Origin: Nanobdellota archaeon
Lineage (GTDB): Archaea; Nanobdellota; Nanobdellia; Pacearchaeales; GW2011-AR1
Direction of reading: 5' to 3'
Length of the DNA: 64,000 nucleotides
Assembly (NCBI GenBank): GCA_038045945.1
Contig: JBBSXC010000004.1
Span: 35,077 to 99,076, forward strand
The notes under the pieces are model-generated. The model worked only from the letters and a program-made list of their open reading frames with translations, was not told the origin of the DNA and made no database searches. Shown here one piece after another: positions 54,298-63,406 of this stretch. Every line of letters starts with the position of its first letter. Position 1 is the first letter of the stretch. The position numbers were made by a program, and so were the translations under genes.

Positions 54298-54609
54298 CTA
54301 TTTCGGGCATTCTCCATCAGTCCAGTATGACACGTCAAGGTTATGACAGGCAAAGCAAGAATTACTGTACGTTTGTGCGCAAGGATACTTTATACACTGT
54401 ATCTTTTCTGGATCACTCCATCCACAAACTGGTTTGTAGAGCTCTACACAAAAATCTCCCAGCCTTGATTCATTATCACAATAATTATTTATTAGTACTG
54501 GTGGCTCTTTAACGGAGTAATAATAGTAAGCTACCCATAAACCAGATAATAATAAGATTATTATCACCCCTACAGCTATTATCAAAAAGTTTATCTTTTT
54601 CATCTTCAT
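54298..54609 (-). CDS. Membrane-anchored Kazal-like Cys-rich small protein
   Basis: N-terminal TM. Eight Cys with ...CVELYKPVCGWSDPEKIQCIKYPCAQTYSNSCFAC..., matching the Kazal spacing C-x-PVCG-...-TYsNsC-x-x-C. Confidence 0.45.
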   Translation of the reverse strand: MKMKKINFLIIAVGVIIILLLSGLWVAYYYYSVKEPPVLINNYCDNESRLGDFCVELYKPVCGWSDPEKIQCIKYPCAQTYSNSCFACHNLDVSYWTDGECPK

Positions 54610-54685
54610 TGTTAAGGTTTTTAGAGTTTATTAAAATAACTTTTCTTTCCATAACGCTTTTATATCGTGAAAATGAACAATTTGT

Positions 54686-55597
54686 ATGATCAAGATACTA
54701 CTATACTACAAGTACGTAAATATTAATGATATTGAATCGTTCAAGAATAAGCACTTAGCTGATTGCGAATCACTAGGCTTAAAAGGAAGAATTCTACTGT
54801 CAGCCGAGGGAATTAACGGATCTGTTAGCGGTACTGCCCAGCAAACAGAGTCGTACAAAAAACTCCTTACTTCTGACTCGCGATTTAGCGATATTAAATT
54901 CAAAGAAGATGACGGCGTTTCTCACCCTTTCAAAAGAATGATTATTAAGGTTAAGAAAGAGATTGTTCGTTTCGAACATGACGTTAACCTAAAAAACACC
55001 GGTAAGCATATCTCTCCTAAACAATTCTTAGAAGTTTACGAATTAGATGATAATGATAAACCTTTGATTATTGATGCTCGTAATAATTATGAGGCCAGGG
55101 TTGGACGCTTCAAAGATGCTGTTATTCTCCCCATTAAGACTTTCTCTGAATTCCCTAAAGCTATTAATGACCTTAATATTCCTAAAAATAAACCTGTTGT
55201 TATGTACTGTACTGGTGGTGTTCGCTGCGAAAAAGCCAGCGCTTTCATGAAAGAGCAAGGTTACAACGATGTAAGCCAGCTTTCTGGCGGTATTCTTACT
55301 TTTGGTAAAGAATTTCCTGATACGGTTTGGGAGGGTAAGTGTTTCGTTTTTGATAAACGCCTTCTTTCTCCGATTAATAAAAAGGACGTTAATAACATCC
55401 CCCTTACTTCTTGCGAGTCTTGCAGCATTCCTTGTGACTTGTATAAGAATTGTCGTAATGTTACGTGTGACAAGTACACTATCATGTGCATATCATGCGA
55501 TGATAAGTTAGCAGGTAACTGCAGCGAAAAATGCAAAAAAGAATACTTAGCTTCTAGAGAAGAAAGAATGGAAGATGAAATAGAGATAAAAAATTGA
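54686..55597 (+). CDS. trhO: Rhodanese-domain tRNA uridine(34) hydroxylase TrhO (UPF0176/YceA family) with Cys-rich C-terminal extension
   Basis: LLYYKY...ESLGLKGRILLSAEGINGS and rhodanese active site MYCTGGVRCEK. Confidence 0.7.
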   Translation: MIKILLYYKYVNINDIESFKNKHLADCESLGLKGRILLSAEGINGSVSGTAQQTESYKKLLTSDSRFSDIKFKEDDGVSHPFKRMIIKVKKEIVRFEHDVNLKNTGKHISPKQFLEVYELDDNDKPLIIDARNNYEARVGRFKDAVILPIKTFSEFPKAINDLNIPKNKPVVMYCTGGVRCEKASAFMKEQGYNDVSQLSGGILTFGKEFPDTVWEGKCFVFDKRLLSPINKKDVNNIPLTSCESCSIPCDLYKNCRNVTCDKYTIMCISCDDKLAGNCSEKCKKEYLASREERMEDEIEIKN

Positions 55598-55732
55598 TCA
55601 TTATTTATTCGTGATTGTGCGTGTCTAAACCTAACTCTAACTTAGCTACATCAAGCTTTAACTTTGCTATTTCTTTCTTTAACTGTCCTATTTCTTCTTT
55701 AGTTTCTTTATCCATGATTTGCGTTAGGATAT

Positions 55733-55789
55733 GGCTATATAAAAAGTAATCAGTTACAAAGCCATTCTTCCCGTAACCTTTATATAGCC
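55733..55789. promoter_or_regulatory. 11-bp perfect inverted repeat pair GGCTATATAAA-N35-TTTATATAGCC (TATA-containing, candidate divergent promoters)
   Basis: Read directly. Lies between a possible 36-aa reverse ORF (55605-55715) and the r-protein operon. Confidence 0.3.
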
Positions 55790-55970
55790 TCTTTTTTATA
55801 GTATTTGAGGTTGTAGAAAGCCTAGTTGAAGAAGTATCAGAATCGCGGACAATTCAGCCGTATAAGATACAAAAATAATCGTTATTAGTTATAGCGAATA
55901 ATTCTAAGGTTGAAAGAAATAACTAAAAAAACGAAACAAAAAATAATCAAATAATAAAAGGATAAAAATA

Positions 55971-56948
55971 ATGGCAAAAATACATAGACCAAGACACGGA
56001 ACATTACAGTTCTGGCCAAAGAAAAGAGCAGACAAAATGCTCCCAGGAGTAAACTGGACACCAATCATAGAAAGAAATCCAACAGGAAAACTATTAGGAT
56101 TCATAGCATACAAAGTAGGAATGAAAACAGCATTCGTAAAAGACATCACACCAAACTCTATGACAAAAGACAAAAAAATGGTAATGCCAGCAACAATAAT
56201 AGAAGTACCAGGAATGAAAGTATTCAGCATAAGACTACACAAAAACGGTAAGACAGTAACAGAAGTATTAGCACAACACTTAGACAAAGAACTACAAAAA
56301 AAGGTAAAACTACCAAAAACTCACGAAAGCAGAATAGAAGAAGTAGAAAAAGACTTGAGCAAGTACGATAGAGTAACAATAATAGCATACTCACTAGTAA
56401 AAAAGACAGGAATAAAGAAAACACCAGACATAGCAGAAATAGGAATAGGATTAGCACAAAACGTAAGCGAACAATTCCAATTCGCAAAAAGCCTACTAGA
56501 AAAAGAAATCAAAGCAAGCGAATACTTCAAAGATAACAAAATGGTAGATTTACGAGGAGTAACAACAGGAAGAGGACTGACAGGACCAATAAAAAGATAC
56601 GGACTTGAACTAAAACAACACAAATCAGAAAAAGGAAGAAGAAGACCAGGAAGCCTAGCACCATGGCACCCAGCAAGAACAACATACATGAGCCCAAACG
56701 CAGGACAACACGGACTATTCACAAGACCAATATACAACAACCAAGTAATAACAATGAACGACGCAACAAAGAATCCAGCAATAAACCCAAATGGAGGATT
56801 CAAAAATTACGGAGTGGTAAGAAACGAATACATGGTAATAAGAGGAAGCGTACAAGGACCAAGCAAGAGATCAATAATAATAACAACACCACTGAGAAGA
56901 ACAAAGTCACAAGAAAAGAAAAAATACGAATTCATAGACCTAAGATAA
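55971..56948 (+). CDS. rpl3: Ribosomal protein L3 (uL3)
   Basis: MAKIHRPRHGTLQFWPKKRA... is canonical archaeal uL3. Confidence 0.9.
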   Translation: MAKIHRPRHGTLQFWPKKRADKMLPGVNWTPIIERNPTGKLLGFIAYKVGMKTAFVKDITPNSMTKDKKMVMPATIIEVPGMKVFSIRLHKNGKTVTEVLAQHLDKELQKKVKLPKTHESRIEEVEKDLSKYDRVTIIAYSLVKKTGIKKTPDIAEIGIGLAQNVSEQFQFAKSLLEKEIKASEYFKDNKMVDLRGVTTGRGLTGPIKRYGLELKQHKSEKGRRRPGSLAPWHPARTTYMSPNAGQHGLFTRPIYNNQVITMNDATKNPAINPNGGFKNYGVVRNEYMVIRGSVQGPSKRSIIITTPLRRTKSQEKKKYEFIDLR

Positions 56949-56956
56949 AAAAAACA

Positions 56957-57751
56957 ATGAAAACAAAAACATTAACATTAACAGGGCAAGGAAAAGAAGT
57001 AGAAGTGCCAAAAATATTCTCAAGTACAGTAAGAGAAGACTTAGCACAAAAATTCCATGAAATAAACAAAGAACAAGCACCATACGCACCAGGAGAATAC
57101 TCAGGAATGAAGTACAGTGCAAGCGGAATAGCAAAACACAGAAGACACTTGTGGAAAACACAATACGGACACGGAATAAGCAGAATACCAAGAAAAATAA
57201 TGTGGAGAAGAGGAACACAATTCTACTGGGTTGGAGCAACAATCAACAGCGCAAGAGGCGGAAGAGCAGCACACCCACCAAGAGTAGAACACTTCCTAGC
57301 AGAAAAAAAGATGAACAAGAAAGAAGCAGAAATGGCAATAAAAAGCGCAATAGCAAGCACAGCACAAGAAAAACTAATAAGAAAAAGGTATAGCAGCATA
57401 AGTAAAGAAACAAAAATGCCACAATTACCAATAATAGTTGATGAAACAGTAATGAAAACAAACACTAAAGAACTAATAAAATTCCTAAAAGAAAATCTAA
57501 AAGGCTTAGAACAAGTAATTTTCAGAAACAGAGCAGTAAGAGCAGGAATAGGAAAAAGAAGAGGAAGAAAATACAAACAAAACGCAGGATTACTAATGAT
57601 CACAGGAAACGAAGAAGAAAAAAAGTTTAGCGGAATAGAAATAAAGAAACTACAAGACCTAGAAATAGCAGACGTATTCCCACTAGGAAGACTAACAATA
57701 TACACAGAAAAAGCAATAAAAGAATTAAACGAAATAAAGGAGAATAAGTAA
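56957..57751 (+). CDS. rpl4: Ribosomal protein L4 (uL4)
   Basis: MKTKTLTLTGQGKEVEVPKIFS...YGHGISRIPRK...ARGGRAAHPP. The track ORF 56663 is an over-extension in the same frame. Confidence 0.9.
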   Translation: MKTKTLTLTGQGKEVEVPKIFSSTVREDLAQKFHEINKEQAPYAPGEYSGMKYSASGIAKHRRHLWKTQYGHGISRIPRKIMWRRGTQFYWVGATINSARGGRAAHPPRVEHFLAEKKMNKKEAEMAIKSAIASTAQEKLIRKRYSSISKETKMPQLPIIVDETVMKTNTKELIKFLKENLKGLEQVIFRNRAVRAGIGKRRGRKYKQNAGLLMITGNEEEKKFSGIEIKKLQDLEIADVFPLGRLTIYTEKAIKELNEIKENK

Positions 57752-57753
57752 AA

Positions 57754-58002
57754 ATGTCAATGTTACTAAAACCAGTCACAAGCGAAAAAGCAGTGAGAAT
57801 GATAGAAGGAGAAAACACACTAGTATTCGCACTAGACAGAAGAGAAACAAAAGAAGAAATAAAGAAAGAAGTAGAAAAAACATTCAACGTAAAAGTAGAA
57901 AGAGTAAACGTAATAAACAAAAAGAACGAAAAACACGCATTAGTAAAACTAAAAAAAGACTTTAAAGCAATAGACGTAGCAACAAAGCTAGGAATGATAT
58001 AA
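57754..58002 (+). CDS. rpl23: Ribosomal protein L23 (uL23)
   Basis: 82 aa: LKPVTSEKAVRMIEGENTLVFALDRRETKEEIKKEVE. Confidence 0.9.
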   Translation: MSMLLKPVTSEKAVRMIEGENTLVFALDRRETKEEIKKEVEKTFNVKVERVNVINKKNEKHALVKLKKDFKAIDVATKLGMI

Positions 58003-58007
58003 ACAAT

Positions 58008-58394
58008 ATGGGAAACATACAATATAACGATCCAGGATTCACTGAAGGCGGACCAGTAGCCAAGTCAAGAAAAGAAGAAAAAATAAGAAGAGTAGCAAAT
58101 GAAGGGGAATTAGAACTAGCAGCATTATCAAGAGAACTAGTAGGAATAATAGCAAGAGATGGATTATACACAGCATTACCATTACCAAGAGGAGAACAAA
58201 GAATAAGAGAATACGTGATGAGAGATGAAGATAACATGATAATGATACTAGACGAAACAGCAGGAGCAGAAAAGTATAAGTCAGGATATGTAGAGTTAAG
58301 CGCACAATCAGGATCAAGACTAATAGGACCAAGAACAACAGGGTACTCACAAATAATGGAGATATTACAAGAAGCAGGAGGATGGAATAACTAA
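58008..58394 (+). CDS. Hypothetical 128-aa protein inserted between L23 and L2
   Basis: Native A-rich codon usage, tight spacing (5 nt after L23, 6 nt before L2). No recognisable family. Segment ELVGIIARDGLYTALPL faintly resembles Roadblock/LC7 folds. Confidence 0.5.
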   Translation: MGNIQYNDPGFTEGGPVAKSRKEEKIRRVANEGELELAALSRELVGIIARDGLYTALPLPRGEQRIREYVMRDEDNMIMILDETAGAEKYKSGYVELSAQSGSRLIGPRTTGYSQIMEILQEAGGWNN

Positions 58395-58400
58395 TTTACC

Positions 58401-59123
58401 ATGGGAAAAAGAATAATACAACGAGCACGAGGTCACGGAGGACCAGTATACAGAGTAAGAAAGAAAGCATTCGTATACGAAATAGGATTCCCAAGCATGA
58501 TGAACGGAAACGAAGCAGAAATAATAGAACTAGTACATTCAAGAGCACACACAGCACCACTAGCAAGACTAAGAATACACAACAAAAACGGAGTAACACA
58601 AACATTTTACGCACCAGCATTCGAAGGAGCATACACAGGACAAAAAATAGCATTCGACATGGAAGGAAGAAAAGCAATGGGAGACATAGTAAAAGTAGGA
58701 ATACTACAACCAGGAGACAAATTATACAACGTAGAAAGAAACCCAGGAGACAGAGGAAAACTACTTAGAGCAGCAGGAGCACACGCAGTAGTAGTAAGAA
58801 CAAGCAAAGGAAAAGTATACATAAGAACACCATCAAAAAAAGAAGTCATACTAAGCGAAAACTGCCTAGCACAAATAGGAATACCAGCAGGAGCAGGAAG
58901 ACTAGAAAAACCAGTAATGAAAGCAGGAAAAATGCATCATATTAAAAAAGCAAAAAGCAAACTATGGCCAAGAACTTCAGCCGTAAAGATGAACGCCATA
59001 GACCACCCATTCGGAAGTGGAAGAGGAAAGAGAATAAAGAGCAAGATAGCAAAGAGAAACGCACCAGCAGGAGCAAGAGTAGGACATCTACGTCCAAGAA
59101 GAACAGGAAGGACAAAAAGGTAA
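58401..59123 (+). CDS. rpl2: Ribosomal protein L2 (uL2)
   Basis: MGKRIIQRARGHGGPVYR...GRNAPAGARVGHLRPRRTGR. Confidence 0.95.
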   Translation: MGKRIIQRARGHGGPVYRVRKKAFVYEIGFPSMMNGNEAEIIELVHSRAHTAPLARLRIHNKNGVTQTFYAPAFEGAYTGQKIAFDMEGRKAMGDIVKVGILQPGDKLYNVERNPGDRGKLLRAAGAHAVVVRTSKGKVYIRTPSKKEVILSENCLAQIGIPAGAGRLEKPVMKAGKMHHIKKAKSKLWPRTSAVKMNAIDHPFGSGRGKRIKSKIAKRNAPAGARVGHLRPRRTGRTKR

Positions 59124-59130
59124 ATAAAAA

Positions 59131-59553
59131 ATGGCAGAAAACAAACAACACTCAAACTTAGACTTAACAAAGAAAGAATTCCTATACAGAGGAAAAACAC
59201 TAGCAGAGCTAAAAAAGTTAGACGTAAGAGAATTCGCAAAGTATTTACCATCAAGAGAAAGAAGAAGCGTGCTAAGACACTTCGAAGTAATAGAACAATT
59301 CGTGAAAAAGTTCGAAGTAGTAGGTGGAAAAGACAAACAAGTAAAAACACACTTGAGAGACTTAGTAATAGTCCCAGGAATGATAGGACAAACAATCAAA
59401 GTACACAACGGAAAAGAATTCGTAGCAACAAAAATAACAATGGAGATGTTAAGCCACAGATTAGGAGAATTCGCAGCAACAAGAAAGAGAGTAACACACG
59501 GAGCAGCAGGAATAGGAGCAACAAGAAGTAGCGCTTCAAGATCAGTAAAATAA
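59131..59553 (+). CDS. rps19: Ribosomal protein S19 (uS19)
   Basis: ...LVIVPGMIGQTIKVHNGKEFV... Confidence 0.9.
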   Translation: MAENKQHSNLDLTKKEFLYRGKTLAELKKLDVREFAKYLPSRERRSVLRHFEVIEQFVKKFEVVGGKDKQVKTHLRDLVIVPGMIGQTIKVHNGKEFVATKITMEMLSHRLGEFAATRKRVTHGAAGIGATRSSASRSVK

Positions 59554-59572
59554 AGGTAATAAAATAACAAAA

Positions 59573-60253
59573 ATGGAAGACTTAAAAAAACAAGGCGGAG
59601 AAAAAGCAAGAAAAATGGAAAGCAAAATAGATAGCAAGAGCCCTACACACACAAAACCAGTAGACAAAATCAAAGAAAAAGTAGAAGAACAAATAGTGAA
59701 AGAAATGGCAAAAGAAATAAAAGCAGAAGCAACAACAGACGAAACAAAACCTGCAACTGAAACAAAAGTAACTGAGAAGAAAGAAGCAAAGAAACCAGCA
59801 GTTAAGAAAGAAATGGCATTCGTAAGAATGAACGGGTTATCAATGTCAACAAAACAATCAAGAGAAATATGCAGATTCCTAATGGGAAAAACAGTAGACA
59901 AAGCAATAGAAGATATGACAAAAGTAACAAAGATGAAAATAGCAGTACCAATGAGAGGAGAAATACCACATAGAAAGGGAGACATAATGGCAGGAAGATA
60001 CCCAATAAACACTGCAAGAGTATTCATAAACGTACTAAAGTCGCTAGCAGGAAACGCAAACGTTAACGGAATAGCAAACCCAGTAATAACAATAGCAAGC
60101 GCAAGTTGGGCAGCAAGACCACAAAGAAAAGGCGGAAGGAGATTTAAAAGGACACATTTGTATATGGAAGTAAGAGAAGCAAAAAATTACGTAAAAGAAA
60201 ACAATAACAAAAAAATGCACAATAAAACAAAAACAATGGACGGTAAAAAGTAA
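59573..60253 (+). CDS. rpl22: Ribosomal protein L22 (uL22) with ~80-aa Lys/Glu-rich N-terminal extension
   Basis: Core from MAFVRMNGLSMSTKQSREICRFLMGKTVDKA. A low-complexity extension precedes it; an alternative internal start at 59813 cannot be excluded. Confidence 0.8.
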   Translation: MEDLKKQGGEKARKMESKIDSKSPTHTKPVDKIKEKVEEQIVKEMAKEIKAEATTDETKPATETKVTEKKEAKKPAVKKEMAFVRMNGLSMSTKQSREICRFLMGKTVDKAIEDMTKVTKMKIAVPMRGEIPHRKGDIMAGRYPINTARVFINVLKSLAGNANVNGIANPVITIASASWAARPQRKGGRRFKRTHLYMEVREAKNYVKENNNKKMHNKTKTMDGKK

Positions 60254-60996
60254 TGGAAGAAAGAAAATTTGTAGACTTCAAGAAAAGAGAATTCAGAGTT
60301 AAAGAATTCATAAAAAACAATTTAGGAATGGGAAAAGTAAGCAGAGTAAAACTAGAATACACTCCCGTTGGAGAAAAAGTAGTAGTATTAACAGACAAAC
60401 CAGGATACATAATAGGAAAACAAGGAGCAAAAATAAACGAGTTAACAATAAAACTGAAAAAAATGTTTAAGTTAGAAAACCCGCACATAGAAATAGCAGA
60501 CATAGGAAACCCAGATTTAGACGCACAAACAGTAGCTGACGAAATAGCACTAGGACTAGAAAGATTCGGAAACATAAGATTCAAAGCAATAACATACAAA
60601 TACTTAGTGAAAATAATGGCAGCAAAAGCATTAGGAGTAGAAATAAGAGTAAGTGGAAAATTACCAGGAGAAAGAGCAAAAAGTTGGAGGTTCGCACAAG
60701 GATACTTAAAGAAAACAGGAGAACCAGCAAACCAAGTAGACAAAGCAAAAGCAGTAGCCAAAACAAAAACAGGAATAATAGGAATAAAAGTAAGCATACT
60801 GCCACCAACAGCATTCATAGAAGATAGAATAACAATAGATGAAGAGATGAAAAGCAAAATGAGAACAAACTTAGCAAACATGGAAACAGAAGAAAAAGCA
60901 CAAGTAGAAGCTAAAGAAGTAGCAAAAGAAAAAAGAAAAGCAGCAAAAACTAAAAGTAAAAAAACAGAAGAAGTAGCAGTGGAGGAAGAACAATAA
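60253..60996 (+). CDS. rps3: Ribosomal protein S3 (uS3) with Lys/Glu-rich C-terminal tail
   Basis: KH domain (GYIIGKQGAKINELT) and S3 C-domain. Tail ...EEKAQVEAKEVAKEKRKAAKTKSKKTEEVAVEEEQ. Confidence 0.9.
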   Translation: MEERKFVDFKKREFRVKEFIKNNLGMGKVSRVKLEYTPVGEKVVVLTDKPGYIIGKQGAKINELTIKLKKMFKLENPHIEIADIGNPDLDAQTVADEIALGLERFGNIRFKAITYKYLVKIMAAKALGVEIRVSGKLPGERAKSWRFAQGYLKKTGEPANQVDKAKAVAKTKTGIIGIKVSILPPTAFIEDRITIDEEMKSKMRTNLANMETEEKAQVEAKEVAKEKRKAAKTKSKKTEEVAVEEEQ

Positions 60997-61000
60997 AAAA

Positions 61001-61174
61001 ATGGCAGTAATAAAAAACAGCGAAGTGAAAAAGATGAATGCTGAAGAAAAAAAATCAAAATTAGAATCATTAAGAATGGAGCTAATAAAGAAACACGTAC
61101 AAGCAAACAAGGCAGGAAAAGTTAAGACCAAAGAGATTAAAAAGGCAATAGCCAGAATACTCACAAGTACTTAA
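61001..61174 (+). CDS. rpl29: Ribosomal protein L29 (uL29)
   Basis: 57-aa ORF MAVIKNSEVKKMNAEEKKSKLESLRMELIKKHVQANKAGKVKTKEIKKAIARILTST. Position between S3 and SUI1 is conserved. Below the ORF-track cutoff. Confidence 0.7.
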   Translation: MAVIKNSEVKKMNAEEKKSKLESLRMELIKKHVQANKAGKVKTKEIKKAIARILTST

Positions 61175-61175
61175 C

Positions 61176-61475
61176 ATGGATATATGCCCAAAATGTGGCC
61201 TGCCCAAACAGGCGTGTGTTTGCAACGAGATTGCAAGAAGTGAACAGCGAATAACCGTTGAGTCGGTTAAGCGCAGATTTGGCAAGTATGCGACACTTGT
61301 CAAAGGGTTAGAGAATGTTGACCTAAGAGAAATAGCAAGAGAGCTTAAAGAAGAGCTAGCTTGTGGGGGAACAGTGAAGGACAACATAATAGAATTACAA
61401 GGAAACCATTTATCAAAAGTAAAACAAACATTGATAAGACTAGGATTCCCGGAAAGTTCAATAACAGGAGAATAA
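61176..61475 (+). CDS. sui1: Translation initiation factor SUI1 (aSUI1/eIF1) with N-terminal zinc ribbon
   Basis: CPKCGLPKQACVC ribbon, then ...LACGGTVKDNIIELQGNH... Confidence 0.85.
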   Translation: MDICPKCGLPKQACVCNEIARSEQRITVESVKRRFGKYATLVKGLENVDLREIARELKEELACGGTVKDNIIELQGNHLSKVKQTLIRLGFPESSITGE

Positions 61476-61488
61476 GGAAAGAAAAAAC

Positions 61489-61911
61489 ATGAAAACAGAA
61501 AAAAAACAAGAAGGAAAAAAAGTAAGCAAAGAAAGCAAAAACTTAGCAGGAGCTACAAATAACCACGTAGCAGGAGAAAGAGAAGTATCAACAAGAGGAA
61601 GAATATTCGAAGGAAACGTAACAAAAAAGTTCCCTAGAAGAGTAGTAATAGAGTTCGAAAGACCAATATACGTAAGAAAATATGAAAGATACCTAAAACT
61701 AAAAACAAAATTACACGCAAGATTACCAATAGAATTAGAAGACAAAGTAGTGATAGGAGACTACATACAAATAAGAGAATGCCGACCATTGAGCAAAATA
61801 ATACACTTCATAGTAACCAAAAAAATAAGAAGCGCAAGCGAAGAACACAAAAACCAAAGTGAGGAACACAAAAACAAAATGAAAACAGAAAAAATGGAGA
61901 AAGAAAAATGA
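61489..61911 (+). CDS. rps17: Ribosomal protein S17 (uS17) with N- and C-terminal extensions
   Basis: GRIFEGNVTKKFPRRVVIEFERPIYVRKYERY...IGDYIQIRECRPLSKIIHFIV (ECRPLSK signature). Confidence 0.8.
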   Translation: MKTEKKQEGKKVSKESKNLAGATNNHVAGEREVSTRGRIFEGNVTKKFPRRVVIEFERPIYVRKYERYLKLKTKLHARLPIELEDKVVIGDYIQIRECRPLSKIIHFIVTKKIRSASEEHKNQSEEHKNKMKTEKMEKEK

Positions 61912-62309
61912 AAGCAATATCAGCAAAAGTAACAAGAGGAATGAACATAGGTTCCGTAGTAGTAGCAAGTGATAATAGCGGAGCAAGAATAGTAAGAATA
62001 GTATCAGTAAAACACGGAAAAACAAGAAAAGGAAGACAACAATACGTAAAAGTAGGAGACTTCGTAAAAGTATCAGTAAGAGAAGGAGACCCAAAAATGA
62101 AAGGGGAAGTATTCGAAGCAGTAGTAATAAGACAAAGAAAACCATACAGAAGAAGAACAGGAGAAAGAGTATGCTTCACAGACAACGCAGTAGCATTAGT
62201 AAAAGATGAAAAAGGAAACCCAAAAGGAACGCAAATAAAGGGGCCTGTAGCAAGAGAAATTCAAGAACGATGGAAGGAGGTTAGCAAAATAGCACAATTC
62301 GTATTCTAA
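61908..62309 (+). CDS. rpl14: Ribosomal protein L14 (uL14)
   Basis: ...VASDNSGARIVRIVSV... Confidence 0.9.
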   Translation: MKAISAKVTRGMNIGSVVVASDNSGARIVRIVSVKHGKTRKGRQQYVKVGDFVKVSVREGDPKMKGEVFEAVVIRQRKPYRRRTGERVCFTDNAVALVKDEKGNPKGTQIKGPVAREIQERWKEVSKIAQFVF

Positions 62310-62321
62310 AAAATACGAATT
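62296..62321 (+). promoter_or_regulatory. Perfect 10-bp hairpin AATTCGTATT/CTAAAA/AATACGAATT between L14 and L24 inside the r-protein operon
   Basis: Read directly. Overlaps the L14 stop region. Confidence 0.3.
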
Positions 62322-62339
62322 ATTTTGCGATTAATAATC

Positions 62340-62759
62340 ATGAAAGAATACTCAGCAAGCTGGAATTCAAGCAGAAGCAAAAGAAAACAAAGAAAGTTCA
62401 GATTCAATGCACCTTTACACACAAGACACAAACTAATGAGCAGTCAAGTAAGCAAAGAAATAGAAAAGAAAGAATCAATAAAAACAATACCAGTAAGAAA
62501 AGGAGACGAAGTAAGAATAATGATAGGAAAATTCAGAGGACAGATAGGAAAAGTAAAAAGCGTAGACACAAAAAAACTAAGAGTAACAATAGACAAAATG
62601 CAAAGGCAAAAGAAAGACGGAACAAAAATAGACGTATACTTCCACCCATCAAACTTACAAATAAAAACATTAGTAATGGATGACAAAAAAAGAATAAAAA
62701 ATAAGAAAGAAACACCTAAAGAAGCAAAAACAGAAAACAAAACAGGAGAAAAAAAATAA
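62340..62759 (+). CDS. rpl24: Ribosomal protein L24 (uL24)
   Basis: SKRKQRKFRFNAPLHTRHKL...IPVRKGDEVRIMIGKFRGQIGKV (KOW). Start set to ATG 62340; the track uses TTG 62325. Confidence 0.8.
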   Translation: MKEYSASWNSSRSKRKQRKFRFNAPLHTRHKLMSSQVSKEIEKKESIKTIPVRKGDEVRIMIGKFRGQIGKVKSVDTKKLRVTIDKMQRQKKDGTKIDVYFHPSNLQIKTLVMDDKKRIKNKKETPKEAKTENKTGEKK

Positions 62760-62760
62760 A

Positions 62761-63405
62761 ATGTACCTAAAACGAGCAAAAACACCAACAACTTGGCCAA
62801 TAGCAAGAAAAGGAACAAAGTACGTAATAGTACCAACACACAACATAGAGAAAGGAGTATCATTAATGCTAATGCTAAGAGACCACTTAGAACTAGGAAA
62901 TACAAGAAGAGAAGTAAGAAAAGCAACACTATCAGGAAACGTACTAGTAAACGGTAAAGAAGTAAAAGACGTAAAGTACGGACTAGCATTAAACGACGTA
63001 ATAACACTAAAAGCAGCAGGAGAAAACTACCGTTTAACATATTCAGAAACAAAAAAATTCGTACTAGAAAAAATATCAGCAGGAGAAGCAGTAGAAAAAG
63101 TATCAAAAATAGTAGGAAAAAAGATACTAAAAGGAAACATAATACAAATATCACTACTTGACGGAAGAACAATGATAGTGAAAACAGACGCAAAAATAGG
63201 TTCTTCAGCACTAATAGACCTAAAAACAAACACGATAAAAAAAGTAATACCAATGGAAAAAGGAGCAGAAGTAATAGTAATAGCAGGAAAACACTTAGGA
63301 AAGAAAGGAAAAATAGAAGAAATAAAAGACGAAGTAGCAAGAATAACATTCAGCCACGGAAAAAAGATAGGGCTAAAAGTAAACAACTTAATGGTACAAA
63401 AATAA
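62761..63405 (+). CDS. rps4e: Ribosomal protein S4e (eS4)
   Basis: MYLKRAKTPTTWPIARKGTKYV... Confidence 0.9.
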   Translation: MYLKRAKTPTTWPIARKGTKYVIVPTHNIEKGVSLMLMLRDHLELGNTRREVRKATLSGNVLVNGKEVKDVKYGLALNDVITLKAAGENYRLTYSETKKFVLEKISAGEAVEKVSKIVGKKILKGNIIQISLLDGRTMIVKTDAKIGSSALIDLKTNTIKKVIPMEKGAEVIVIAGKHLGKKGKIEEIKDEVARITFSHGKKIGLKVNNLMVQK

Positions 63406-63406
63406 A

